A stretch of 39,717 bases of DNA from the NCBI GenBank assembly GCA_003022505.1, contig PXTQ01000124.1:1-39717 (forward strand). Reading direction: 5' to 3'. A program made the translations under genes and the position numbers. Under the pieces are notes generated by a model. That model searched no databases, was not told the DNA's origin, and saw nothing but the letters and a program-made list of their open reading frames with translations. Source of the DNA: Bacteroidetes bacterium QS_8_64_10. Its GTDB lineage: Bacteria; Bacteroidota; Rhodothermia; Rhodothermales; Salinibacteraceae. Shown here piece by piece: positions 1 through 8,481 of this stretch (its first letter is position 1; each line of letters starts with the position of its first letter).

Positions 1-293
1 AAGGCGCGGTTGTCAGCCAGCTCGTGGAAGTCGCGTACGATCACGACGCGCCGCTCGGCCATCGCGGGCAGGCCCGTGCACAGGTTGAGCACGCTCTGCG
101 CGTCCGTCTCCGCGCCGTACACCTTGTCGAGGTTGAAGTCGCGCTCGCCCGGCGCCAGCGCCTCCTCGATCAGAAGCGCCTGCAACTCGTCAATCAGGAA
201 CGTCTCCTCACCGTACAGAAAATACAGCGGCTCGAAGTTCTGATGCTCAAACGCCGTCCGCAGCTGCTCGTACGAGAGGTCTTTTTTTGCCAT
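1..293 (-). CDS. holA: DNA polymerase III delta subunit, N-terminal part (gene continues past the left edge)
   Basis: Not in the ORF track because it has no stop in the window. Reverse-complement translation from ATG (plus 'cat' 291-293) gives MAKKDLSYEQLRTAFEHQNFEPLYFLYGEETFLIDELQALLIEEALAPGERDFNLDKVYGAETDAQSVLNLCTGLPAMAERRVVIVRDFHEL. The FLYGEE..L, DFN...Y and RRVVIVRD pattern is typical of the HolA N-terminal domain. Confidence 0.7.
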   Translation of the reverse strand, partial: MAKKDLSYEQLRTAFEHQNFEPLYFLYGEETFLIDELQALLIEEALAPGERDFNLDKVYGAETDAQSVLNLCTGLPAMAERRVVIVRDFHELADNRA

Positions 294-336
294 TAGCTTT
301 GCGTGTCGCGTTTTCCCGTCTTCTGCTTGCCTTAGC

Positions 337-430
337 GCGCGTTGCGTGATGCGTGGTACGTGTTGCGTGAGGGAGCTTCGAGGAAATGTTCGGGGTGGCA
401 TCCTCACGCATCACGCAATACGCATTACGC
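337..430. repeat. Intergenic imperfect palindrome built from 7-nt repeats (GCGTGNT x5, 26-nt loop, NNCACGC x4)
   Basis: Left arm: gcgcgtt gcgtgat gcgtggt acgtgtt gcgtgag (337-371). Right arm: ctcacgc atcacgc aatacgc attacgc (403-430). Arms are about 80% complementary. Lies between the DinB-like stop and the holA start. Confidence 0.7.
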
Positions 431-497
431 TCGTTCAGGAAGGAGCAAGACGAATCGGACAGGCATCTTCGAGAAAGTTCGCTGGAGGCGTGCAAAA

Positions 498-1061
498 CTA
501 ACGAGGCACATCATGACCCGCAGCGGAGAGTTCGCTTTCGTGGAGGCGGCGCGTCATGCGGCGAAGGCGGTCGTAGTCGCGGCGGGCCACGTCGCGCGTG
601 ATCGCGTACACGTCGCGGCGGTCGGGGTCGTCGCCGTCGCCGAAGACGGCCTCGCGCTTCCACATGCGGGGCGGCAGTTCTTGCAACATCCCGACGAAGG
701 CTTTGCGCGCCTCCTGCACGCGCTCCATCAGATTCGTGATGTCGTGCGCGTTCCAGTCCGCGCCGTCGTCGCCTGCGGCCAGCAGCGCCTCCTCGTCCGG
801 CGGGTCCAGGCGCGGCTCATCCTCGCTGGCGATGCGCTCGACCCAGCGCGGATAGACGGCCTCGTCGAGGCGTGCCAGGAGCGCAAACGTCTCCTTGATC
901 GACCAGTCGTCGCCTGAGGGCGGGCGCTCGGTAAGCACAGCGTCGGGAACCTCCCCGATGATTTGCTCCAGCGCGTCGGCCTCGCGGGCGAGGTACGCCA
1001 GCTGGTCGAGGATGCTCGCGCGCGTCTCCTCGGAGTGCGGTGGCTGCGTGTCGTCGGTCAT
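498..1061 (-). CDS. DinB-superfamily-like protein (function uncertain)
   Basis: 187-aa ORF with normal composition. The WSIKETFALLARLDE and ...RKAFVGMLQELPPRMWKRE... layout resembles DinB_2-type four-helix proteins, but the usual His triad is not evident. The overlapping plus-strand ORFs are Arg/Ala-rich shadows. Confidence 0.5.
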   Translation of the reverse strand: MTDDTQPPHSEETRASILDQLAYLAREADALEQIIGEVPDAVLTERPPSGDDWSIKETFALLARLDEAVYPRWVERIASEDEPRLDPPDEEALLAAGDDGADWNAHDITNLMERVQEARKAFVGMLQELPPRMWKREAVFGDGDDPDRRDVYAITRDVARRDYDRLRRMTRRLHESELSAAGHDVPR

Positions 1062-1147
1062 GAGGCGTTGTTGCTGTCAGGCGATTTCCACGACGTAGCG
1101 CGCTGCATCGCTACGATCTCCCGCGCACCTGTTTTCCCACGCTCAAA

Positions 1148-1900
1148 TCACGGAGCTTCGGAGGCGCCGGGACCGGGCGAATCGTAGGACGACTCCGGCG
1201 GTCCCTCGCGCTTGCTGCCCCAGTCCATGTCGTCGGAGGGCGTCGCGGCCTCCTCGCGCGTGTGCGTCGTTTCCAGCTCGTCCATGCCCTCTTCTTTGAG
1301 CCACTGAAGGAAGTGCCGGTCCTTCAGACTGTGCAGGTTGTTATCTTTCTGAAACTCCCACTGCTCGCCGAACTGCGGATCGCGGTAGGATTTCAGGTAA
1401 TTCAGGCGGTCGATGAGCTGCTCGGCAGGCTGAAGCAGGCGCTCGATGCCGAAGACCGCCTCGTCGCGGCTCTGAAACGTCAGGTCGTATTCCTTCGACA
1501 TCACAATGGCCTCTTCGGGGCATACCTCCTCGCAGTAGCCGCAGTAGATGCACCGCAGCATGTTGATCTCGAACCACTGCGGCTCGCGCTCCTTCGGATC
1601 CGCCGGATCGTCGATCTCCTGCGACTGCATCGAGATCGCCATCGGCGGGCACGCCTTGGCGCACAGGTTGCACGAGACGCAGCGCGGGCTGCCTTCTTCT
1701 TCGACGAGCACGGGTCGCCCCCGGTAGCCGTCCGGCGGATACCACTGCTCCTCCGGGTACTGCTGCGTGTACTCCGGCTCGTTGGCGAATTTGTTGAAGG
1801 AGTAGCCGAGACCTTTGAAGATTTCCGGGAGGTAGAGGCTTTCCCAGAAGTTCAGCTCGCGCTCGCCTTCTTGGGCCGTATTGACGGGAGTGCCTGCCAT
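1148..1900 (-). CDS. nuoI: NADH-quinone oxidoreductase subunit I (2x[4Fe-4S] ferredoxin) with ~90-aa acidic C-terminal extension
   Basis: Two CxxCxxCxxxCP motifs (CVSCNLCAKACP, CIYCGYCEEVCP) in NuoI context (LYLPEIFKGLGYSF..., YPEEQW..P..YRGRP). Start taken at MAGTPVN (1900); the ORF is open to 1957. No other nuo genes are adjacent. Confidence 0.85.
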   Translation of the reverse strand: MAGTPVNTAQEGERELNFWESLYLPEIFKGLGYSFNKFANEPEYTQQYPEEQWYPPDGYRGRPVLVEEEGSPRCVSCNLCAKACPPMAISMQSQEIDDPADPKEREPQWFEINMLRCIYCGYCEEVCPEEAIVMSKEYDLTFQSRDEAVFGIERLLQPAEQLIDRLNYLKSYRDPQFGEQWEFQKDNNLHSLKDRHFLQWLKEEGMDELETTHTREEAATPSDDMDWGSKREGPPESSYDSPGPGASEAP

Positions 1901-2158
1901 AGATAAACCTGCGTGTGTGATCGGATGAGCGAGTGCAACGCCCCTCGAAGTCGCCACTCAACATAAACCAAACAACGGTCAATTGCACATCGGCGCGCGG
2001 TCAAAGTTCGCCGGGGAAGCGCTATTTTCGGTATCTTTTGAAAGCACCTGCGCATCGAACGATTGCAAAGGCGGCGCGTTCTCTTTCCGATTCTGACGTA
2101 TCAAAACGGTCTGTACGCAACCGCTGGCCGCAACGACGCCACTGCAAGAACAAACGAA

Positions 2159-2204
2159 CGTAAAACGTAGATGAACGGTACCCTTACGCATTACGTTTTA
2201 CGCA
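2159..2204. repeat. Perfect 11-bp inverted repeat (cgtaaaacgta / tacgttttacg) overlapping three 7-nt repeats TTACGYW
   Basis: cgtaaaacgta at 2159-2169 and tacgttttacg at 2192-2202. ttacgca ttacgtt ttacgca at 2184-2204. In the divergent nuoI/purQ intergenic region. Confidence 0.6.
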
Positions 2205-2273
2205 TCGCGCTGGTATGATGAAGGCGTCAGCATGTGCGGGCAGTCTCAACGTTCACCCAACCCACCAACGCTC

Positions 2274-2990
2274 ATGGCTACTTTCAGTGTCATTGTCTTT
2301 CCCGGCTCCAACTGCGATCACGACGCGTACCATGCGGCCAAGCACGTAATGGATCAGGAGGCGCGCTTCATCTGGCACAAAGAAGAAAGGCTGGGCGAGG
2401 GCGTGGACGTGGTGATCGTGCCGGGCGGCTTTTCGTACGGCGATCACCTGCGGGCGGGTGCGATAGCGCAGTTCTCCCCGATCATGAAAGACGTGATCCG
2501 CTTCGCCGAAGAGGGCGGTCTCGTCCTGGGCATCTGCAACGGGTTTCAAGTGCTGTGCGAATGCGGCCTGCTGCCGGGGGCGCTGGCGCGCAACGAGCGG
2601 CTGCGCTTCGTCTGCAAGGAGACGCCGCTCCGCACCGAGCGCACGGACACGCCGTTCACCAATGCGCTTGCGCCGGGACGGGTCATCCGCGTGCCAGTGG
2701 CCCACGGCGAGGGCAAGTACTACGCCGACGAGGAGACGCTGGATCGCCTCGAAGCCAACGATCAGGTGCTCTTTCGCTACACCGACGCCGACGGCAACGC
2801 AACGCCCGAAGCCAATCCGAACGGCTCGGCGCGGGGCATCGCCGGCATCGTGAGCGAAGCGGGGAACGTCTGCGGCCTGATGCCGCACCCGGAGCGCTGT
2901 GCGGAGACGCTCATCGGCAGCGGCGACGGCGCGCTCGTCTTCGAGTCGGTGCTGAACCACCTGGGCGAGCGCTCGCCCGTAGCGGCGTAG
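2274..2990 (+). CDS. purQ: Phosphoribosylformylglycinamidine synthase, glutamine amidotransferase subunit
   Basis: MATFSVIVFPGSNCDHDAYHA..., GGFSYGD.LR.GAIA, GICNGFQVL (nucleophile Cys) and MPHPER are collinear with PurQ over its full length. Start at ATG 2274; the ORF is open from 2232. Confidence 0.9.
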   Translation: MATFSVIVFPGSNCDHDAYHAAKHVMDQEARFIWHKEERLGEGVDVVIVPGGFSYGDHLRAGAIAQFSPIMKDVIRFAEEGGLVLGICNGFQVLCECGLLPGALARNERLRFVCKETPLRTERTDTPFTNALAPGRVIRVPVAHGEGKYYADEETLDRLEANDQVLFRYTDADGNATPEANPNGSARGIAGIVSEAGNVCGLMPHPERCAETLIGSGDGALVFESVLNHLGERSPVAA

Positions 2991-3018
2991 TTTTTACCAC
3001 AGAGCGCGCTGAGGGCGC

Positions 3019-3103
3019 GGAGAATAGAGAGTTGAGAATAGAGAATCGAGGATAGCGGGAACCTGTACGCTTGAGACCCCCTCCTCTATTCTCTATTTTC
3101 GAC
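3019..3103. repeat. Intergenic imperfect palindrome built from 7-nt repeats (GAGRRTN x5, then complementary arm)
   Basis: gagaata gagagtt gagaata gagaatc gaggata (3019-3053), about 25-nt loop, then cctcctctattctctattttcgacc (3079-3103). The reverse complement of that arm reads gaaaata gagaata gaggagg. Lies between purQ and the rhomboid gene. Confidence 0.7.
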
Positions 3104-3161
3104 CTACCGCAACCCGGTCTCTGCGGTAAGTCACTAAAACGACCAAACCCCTCAAACTTGA

Positions 3162-3797
3162 ATGGAATCCGCGCCCATCACGCTACTCTTGCTCGCCGCG
3201 AACGCGCTCGTCAGCGGCTACGCGTTCTTCATGGACCCGTCGCTGATGGAGCGCTTCTCGTTTCGCCCGCGCCGGGTGCTCGAGCACGAAGAGTACTACC
3301 GGTTCATCAGCGGCGGCTTCGTGCACGCGGGCATCGCGCACCTCGCGTTCAACATGATCACGCTCTACTTCTTCGGGCCGAACCTGGAGAGCTTGCTGGG
3401 TCCGCTTCGCTTTCTGGGCGTGTACTTCGGGGCGGAGCTGGCGGCGCACGCGGTGACGCTCTACATGCACCGCAACGATCCGCATTACGCGGCGGTCGGG
3501 GCGAGCGGGGCGATCAGCGGCGTGCTCTTCGGCTTCTGCCTATTTTACCCGTTCAGTAAGATTTATCTTTTCTTCGTGCCCATCGGTATCCCGGCCCTCG
3601 TTTTCGCGCCGGGCTACGTGCTGATCTCGATCTACGCCATGCGCGAGGGCGGACGGCAGAGCACGCGCGGTGGTCGCGGAGGCGGCGGGGGGATTGCGCA
3701 CGAGGCGCACGTGGGCGGCGCCATTGGCGGGCTGCTGCTGACGATTCTGCTGGAACCGCGCGCGATTCCGCTCTTCTTGCAGCAGCTTGGACTGTGA
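3162..3797 (+). CDS. Rhomboid-family intramembrane serine protease
   Basis: Six or more hydrophobic helices. HAGIAHLAFNM, the catalytic GASGAISGVLFG (GxSG) and the downstream HEAHVGGAIGG His motif. Confidence 0.85.
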   Translation: MESAPITLLLLAANALVSGYAFFMDPSLMERFSFRPRRVLEHEEYYRFISGGFVHAGIAHLAFNMITLYFFGPNLESLLGPLRFLGVYFGAELAAHAVTLYMHRNDPHYAAVGASGAISGVLFGFCLFYPFSKIYLFFVPIGIPALVFAPGYVLISIYAMREGGRQSTRGGRGGGGGIAHEAHVGGAIGGLLLTILLEPRAIPLFLQQLGL

Positions 3798-3935
3798 TAC
3801 GCGGGTTCAACTCAAAATGTCGTCAGGGTTTACTATGGGATACGGAGCGACGCAGCGCGCTTCGTCGCTACCCTGAAATTCCAGACCGGTATTCTGACAT
3901 CAACATTGGGATTCGGGACGACTGCCCCCCATCTC

Positions 3936-6785
3936 TCAGTTGCTTACCGGCTGCGCGGGCACGCCGGTCGTGTCCGCCGCTGGGGGCGACGGAGACGCCG
4001 CCGCCGTCGCTGAAGTATCGCTGCCCTGGGTCTCTTGCAGCACGCTGCCCAGGCGGTCGAAGCGCTCGCCGAACTGCGCGAAGTTGCCCTGCTGAAGCGC
4101 CTCACGGGCCTCTTGCAGGAGACGCCGCGCCTCGCCGAGTTCGGGTGCGGGCCGCCGCACCACGGTGGGTTGCCCCGCCTGCGCTCCCGTCGTATCGCTT
4201 CCGGCGGCAGCAATAGCCGGTTGCTTTTTTCGGCCTCCGAAGCCGCCACCGAAGATGGCCTGCAGCGCCTCGTTGAGCGTGGGCCGCATCGCCACCCGCT
4301 CCCCGTACGTTACGATCACGCGCTTGAGCTGCGGGATCTGCGCTCCCTCCGCAATCAGGAAGACCGGCTCCACGTACAGAAACGAGTCCTCAATGGGCAC
4401 CACGATCAGGTTGCCGCGCACTGCCCGCGAGCCTTCCTGGCTCCAGAGCGTAAGCTGGCGCGAAATGTCGGTGTCCTGGTCGATCTTGGCCTCGATCTGC
4501 GCCGGCCCGTAGATCAGCTTCTCTTTGGGCAACTCGTACGTGATCAGCTCCCCGTAGTTGGGCGGATCGCTTTTGGCCGCAATCCAGCCGATCATGTTGT
4601 CACGGTTGTTGGGGGTCACCGGCGTCATCAACATAAACTGAAGTTGATCGCTGTCCGGCAGGTGCGTCAGAATGTAATACGGCTCCATCTGCTGGGTATT
4701 GCCCTGGTACGTCTCGTTCGGCTTCGTCCACAGGTCCTCGTTGTTGTAAAACACCTTCGGGTTCGTCATGTGGTAGCGGTTGTACTTCGCCACCTGCACG
4801 TCGAAAAGATCCTGCGGATAACGCAGGTGCTTGCGCACGTCCTCGTTCATCGCGCTGATGGGCTGAAAGAGATCCGGGAAGGCCGACCGGTACGTTTGCA
4901 GCACCGGATCGTCCTCGTCCATCACGTAAAACGACACGTCGCCGTTGTAAGCGTCCACGACCACCTTCACCGAGTTGCGAATGTAATTGTAGCCGCGCCG
5001 GAAGCGCTCCTGCACCGGTTCGGAGTACGGAAACGTGCTGGCTGTCGTGTAGGCGTCCTGAATCCAGACCATCCGCCCGCCGGCGAGCGCGAGGTACGGG
5101 TCGCGGTCGAGCTTCAAGAACGGCGCGATCTTGTTGATGCGGTTCTGAATGCGGTTGTTGAACTGGATGCGCGTGTTATCTTTAATGTATTCGGAAAGCA
5201 GGACGTTGGCGTCTCCGGTGAACCACGTAAAGAGCGCCTGCCGCCAGAACGAGCCAATGCGCACGCCCCCGTGCCCGTCGTAGGTGACGTACACGTTGTC
5301 GTCGCCCTGCGGGTAGTCCAGTTCCGGCGCGTTGCTCGCCACGATGCGGTAGGTGGGCGTCTTCTCGCCGTAGTAGACAGCGGGCTGCTCGACGTTGAGG
5401 CCGGAGGGCGTGACGGGCGGGATGTCGCGGATGAGCAGATCCGGCGTGCCGCTCTGCCCCTCGCGGGCAACGGGGTTCATCGTGAGGCCGTAGCCGTGCG
5501 TGTACTGCAGGTGCCGGTTGAACCACGTGTCGGAGCCTTCGGGGAGGCGCCCGGCCAATTCGCGCGCGGAGAGCATCACCTGTCGGTACTCGCCGTTCAC
5601 CATGTAGCGGCCCACGTCCACGTTATAAAATTGATAATAGAGCCGAATCTCCTGAATCTGGCGGTAGGTATCGATGAGCAGGCGCGGGTCCCACAGCCGG
5701 ATGTTGCGGAGCGTCTCCTTTTCGTTTTGCACCTCGTCGAGCGTGAGATCCGGCTCGGCGGGATAGGGGTTCGACTGCACCTTTTCCAGATTGTAAGCCT
5801 CGCGCGTCATCTGGACGTTGTTTTTCAGGTAAGGCCGCTCCAGAGCGAGTTCGTTCGGCTCCACGGTGATCTGCTGCACGAGGCCGGGGACGAACTGGCT
5901 GGCGACGATCAGGATCAGGTACAGCGCCACGCCGGCGGCCAGGAGGCGCGGGCGCGTTCCGCGCAAATTGATAAGCACCAGCCCGATCAAGAGCAGCGTC
6001 AGCGCAAAGAGCGCCCACAGGAGCGGCACCTGCACGTTCACGTCCACATAGCTGGCCCCGTGCACGACGCCGCCCTCCGTGTACAGGAGATCGTAGCGCC
6101 CCAGCACGTAGCTCCAGGCCCACGCCGCCAGGAGCAGCACCAGGTTGACGGCCAGATGGCGCACGACGCGCGCGGGCAGGTGCAGGCTGCCTCGGCTTAT
6201 CTGAAGCTGTCCCAGCAGCACGTAGGCGGCGGCCACCAGCAGCAGACCCAGAAAGAAAAGGCCCACCAGGCTGCCCTGCACGGTCTCCACGACAGGAAGC
6301 TCCAGCAGGTAGAACGACAGATCGTTGCCGAAGACGGGATCCGTGCTGCCGTACGGCACAGCGTACCACCAGCGCAGCACGTCCTCCCACTGCGCCGCGA
6401 GCGTACTGGCAAACATCAGCCCGAAGAATGCCGACACCGCGCCCGCGATCAACTTGTAGCCGCGCACCGACGGCAGCTTGGTGGCAAGCTCGCCCTCGCT
6501 CGTCTGCCAGCGCACCCGGCCTTCTTCGAGCGCGTAGCGTACCGGATCGTGCCGCAGGACCATCCACAGGTTGACGCCCAGGTAGCCGGCCACCACCAGA
6601 AAGCCGAACCCAAACAACCCGGCCCGGATGCCCAGCGTCGTCCAGAACACCGAGGCGTAGCCGAGCGCCTGCATCCAGAGCAAATCCACCAGCGACGACG
6701 GCAGCGCGAAGAAAAGCACGACTGCGGCGACGAGAAGCGCGATGATCCAGCCGCGCCGGGAGCGGAGACGAGACAAAAAGGCCAT
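3936..6785 (-). CDS. UPF0182-family large membrane protein
   Basis: 949 aa. N-terminal ~300 aa carry about 7 TM helices, followed by a large Tyr/Asn/Asp-rich soluble region (YQFYNVD..., HLQYTHGYG..., LRYPQDLF..., LYVEPVFL) characteristic of COG1615/UPF0182. The antisense 918-aa ORF is an Arg/His/Val-rich shadow. Confidence 0.85.
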   Translation of the reverse strand: MAFLSRLRSRRGWIIALLVAAVVLFFALPSSLVDLLWMQALGYASVFWTTLGIRAGLFGFGFLVVAGYLGVNLWMVLRHDPVRYALEEGRVRWQTSEGELATKLPSVRGYKLIAGAVSAFFGLMFASTLAAQWEDVLRWWYAVPYGSTDPVFGNDLSFYLLELPVVETVQGSLVGLFFLGLLLVAAAYVLLGQLQISRGSLHLPARVVRHLAVNLVLLLAAWAWSYVLGRYDLLYTEGGVVHGASYVDVNVQVPLLWALFALTLLLIGLVLINLRGTRPRLLAAGVALYLILIVASQFVPGLVQQITVEPNELALERPYLKNNVQMTREAYNLEKVQSNPYPAEPDLTLDEVQNEKETLRNIRLWDPRLLIDTYRQIQEIRLYYQFYNVDVGRYMVNGEYRQVMLSARELAGRLPEGSDTWFNRHLQYTHGYGLTMNPVAREGQSGTPDLLIRDIPPVTPSGLNVEQPAVYYGEKTPTYRIVASNAPELDYPQGDDNVYVTYDGHGGVRIGSFWRQALFTWFTGDANVLLSEYIKDNTRIQFNNRIQNRINKIAPFLKLDRDPYLALAGGRMVWIQDAYTTASTFPYSEPVQERFRRGYNYIRNSVKVVVDAYNGDVSFYVMDEDDPVLQTYRSAFPDLFQPISAMNEDVRKHLRYPQDLFDVQVAKYNRYHMTNPKVFYNNEDLWTKPNETYQGNTQQMEPYYILTHLPDSDQLQFMLMTPVTPNNRDNMIGWIAAKSDPPNYGELITYELPKEKLIYGPAQIEAKIDQDTDISRQLTLWSQEGSRAVRGNLIVVPIEDSFLYVEPVFLIAEGAQIPQLKRVIVTYGERVAMRPTLNEALQAIFGGGFGGRKKQPAIAAAGSDTTGAQAGQPTVVRRPAPELGEARRLLQEAREALQQGNFAQFGERFDRLGSVLQETQGSDTSATAAASPSPPAADTTGVPAQPVSN

Positions 6786-6916
6786 GTTTGAGAGTCAGAG
6801 AGTCGGAAAAGCGGAGAAAGACGCCTGACAGCGTTCTCGTTTCCACACGTTCGTTACAGGTTGGCGCTGTCTTACGAGTCGAACGGGCTGTGGGTTTTGC
6901 GGATTAGCGGCAAAGA

Positions 6917-7004
6917 AGGTCGAAGGTCACAGGTCGGAAGGTCAGCAGGTCACAGGTCGCACGTCCTTCAGAAATTGAACCTTCCGACTTTCGACCTTTC
7001 GACC
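6917..7004. repeat. Intergenic imperfect palindrome built from AGGTC-containing 7-8-nt repeats
   Basis: aggtcga aggtcac aggtcgga aggtcagc aggtcac aggtcgc (6917-6960), then the complementary arm accttccgactttcgacctttcgacc (6979-7004). In the divergent UPF0182/ydbT-like region. Confidence 0.7.
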
Positions 7005-7050
7005 GATAAGCAAAAACAAGCCGGGTCGCTTCACGTAGCAGAAAGCCATC

Positions 7051-8337
7051 ATGGAGGCCGACGTATCTTCCTTGCAGACAGCGCAACGCCTGCATCCGGC
7101 GACACTGCTTCAGCACGTGGTAAGCAGCCTGCCTGCGCTCGCGGTGCTGCTCTTTTTTCAGTCGGCGGGCACCGAGGCGTGGATCTCCATCGGCACGGCG
7201 GTGGCCTACGGACTGGTGGCGCTGCCGCTCATCGTGCTGCGCTACCTGCGCTTCCGCTACCGCGTCGAGCCGCAAGAGATCGTCATCGAGCGCGGCGTCT
7301 TCAACAAACGGCATCGCAGCATCCCCATCGAGCGCATCCAGAACATCGCCATCGAGCAACCGCTCCTGGCGCGCATGGTGGGCGTGGCGAAGGTGACGCT
7401 GGAGACCGCCGGCAGCACCTCTACCGAGGGTACGCTGGAGTACGTCTCCCTGCAGACGGCGCACGCCTTGCGGCAGGTGGTGCGCTCCTACCAGCGCGAG
7501 CAAGACGAAGAAGCGACAGCTTCAGAAGAAGAGAACGCGCGCGGCGAGTTGTTGCACGCCATGCAGACGGGGCGGCTTGCGCTCTCCGGTCTGTTTCGAT
7601 TCTCGCTGCTGTATGTTGCTGTCATTTTTTCGGTGCTTCAGTACGTGGAGCCGGAACGCATCACGAACTGGTTCCGGCGCGGCGCGTTGCACCCGCTCGT
7701 CGAGACGGCCACAGCCTCCCCCGTGCTGGCGGTGCTCACCACAGTGGTGCTGGCCGTGCTCATCGGCTGGGTGACGGGCCTCGCCATGAACGTCAACCGC
7801 TTCTTTGACTTTCGGCTCTGGCTGGACGACGACAAGCTGCACAAGCGTCATGGCCTGCTCACGACGCGCGAGCGCACGGTCCCGCTCGGTAAGGTGCAGG
7901 CGCTCCTGGTGCGCTCCAATCCGCTCATGCGCTTCTTCGGGTGGTACCGGCTGGAGGTGCAGACGATGGGCATCGACGTGCAGGAGCAGGGTCATCAGGT
8001 GATCGCGCCGCTCGTGAACTGGGGGGAGGCGCAGGCGCTCGCCGATCACGTCTACGCCCTGGACGCCCCCGCTCCGATGGAGCGCGTCTCGTCGCTCACG
8101 ATTCGGCGCACCTTTGCGCGGTACAGCGCTGCGCTGGGGCTGGTTGGAGTCGTCCTCTGGTACTTCGCCGGGATGCAGGCGCTCTGGCTGCTGGCGGCCC
8201 TGCCGCTCGCAGGCGGACTGGCCTACCTGCAATACCGCTACCACGGCTACGCGCTGCACGGCGATATGCTGTACGTTCGGCGCGGCTTCTTCCGGCAGCA
8301 CCTGTGGGCCGTGCCCGTCGAGCGACCTGGAGGCTGA
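7051..8337 (+). CDS. YdbT-like membrane protein with bacterial PH (bPH_2) domains; third domain appears truncated
   Basis: Repeated TM-hairpin + bPH_2 units: RYRVEPQEIVIERGVFNKRHRSIPIERIQNIAIEQPLLARMVGVAKVTLETAG, then LHKRHGLLTTRERTVPLGKVQALLVRSNPLMRFFGWYRLEVQT. The third unit stops at YVRRGFFRQHLWAVPVER-PGG*. The expected C-terminal tail (DLEADTAERFAERLYARF...) continues in the +1 frame to 8410. Confidence 0.7.
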   Translation: MEADVSSLQTAQRLHPATLLQHVVSSLPALAVLLFFQSAGTEAWISIGTAVAYGLVALPLIVLRYLRFRYRVEPQEIVIERGVFNKRHRSIPIERIQNIAIEQPLLARMVGVAKVTLETAGSTSTEGTLEYVSLQTAHALRQVVRSYQREQDEEATASEEENARGELLHAMQTGRLALSGLFRFSLLYVAVIFSVLQYVEPERITNWFRRGALHPLVETATASPVLAVLTTVVLAVLIGWVTGLAMNVNRFFDFRLWLDDDKLHKRHGLLTTRERTVPLGKVQALLVRSNPLMRFFGWYRLEVQTMGIDVQEQGHQVIAPLVNWGEAQALADHVYALDAPAPMERVSSLTIRRTFARYSAALGLVGVVLWYFAGMQALWLLAALPLAGGLAYLQYRYHGYALHGDMLYVRRGFFRQHLWAVPVERPGG

Positions 8338-8481
8338 CACGGCGGAGCGGTTCGCGGAGCGACTCTACGCGCGGTTTCAGCGTCAGGCTGCACTCCCCAC
8401 CGTCCTTTGAAAAGACAGTGCGTTTCCGGGCGGGTGTGTTGCGAACATCGAGACCCGACACCTACGTTACACTTCCTCTAA

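Noticed and set aside
3846-3869. 7-bp perfect stem (agcgacg / cgtcgct) between the convergent rhomboid and UPF0182 genes as a bidirectional terminator
   Set aside because: There are no flanking T or A tracts and the stem is short. That is insufficient to call a terminator.
5660-5667. GGCGGTAG, identical to the ops/JUMPstart core used by RfaH in polysaccharide operons
   Set aside because: It lies inside the UPF0182 coding region, on the strand opposite to that gene. It is 2.8 kb from the glycan locus, in a lineage where RfaH/ops control is not expected. An 8-mer is likely to occur by chance in 40 kb.
4035-6791. 918-aa plus-strand ORF (and the 407-aa minus ORF 5623-6846) overlapping the UPF0182 gene
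   Set aside because: Arg/His/Val/Ala-rich low-information translations typical of off-frame or antisense ORFs in about 65% GC DNA. The minus-strand 949-aa frame has family-like motifs and normal composition.
6861-7808. 315-aa plus ORF and 199-aa minus ORF (6904-7503) spanning the UPF0182/ydbT intergenic region
   Set aside because: They run through the AGGTC-repeat palindrome and out of frame through the ydbT-like gene. The translations are Arg/His/Ala-rich and implausible as proteins.
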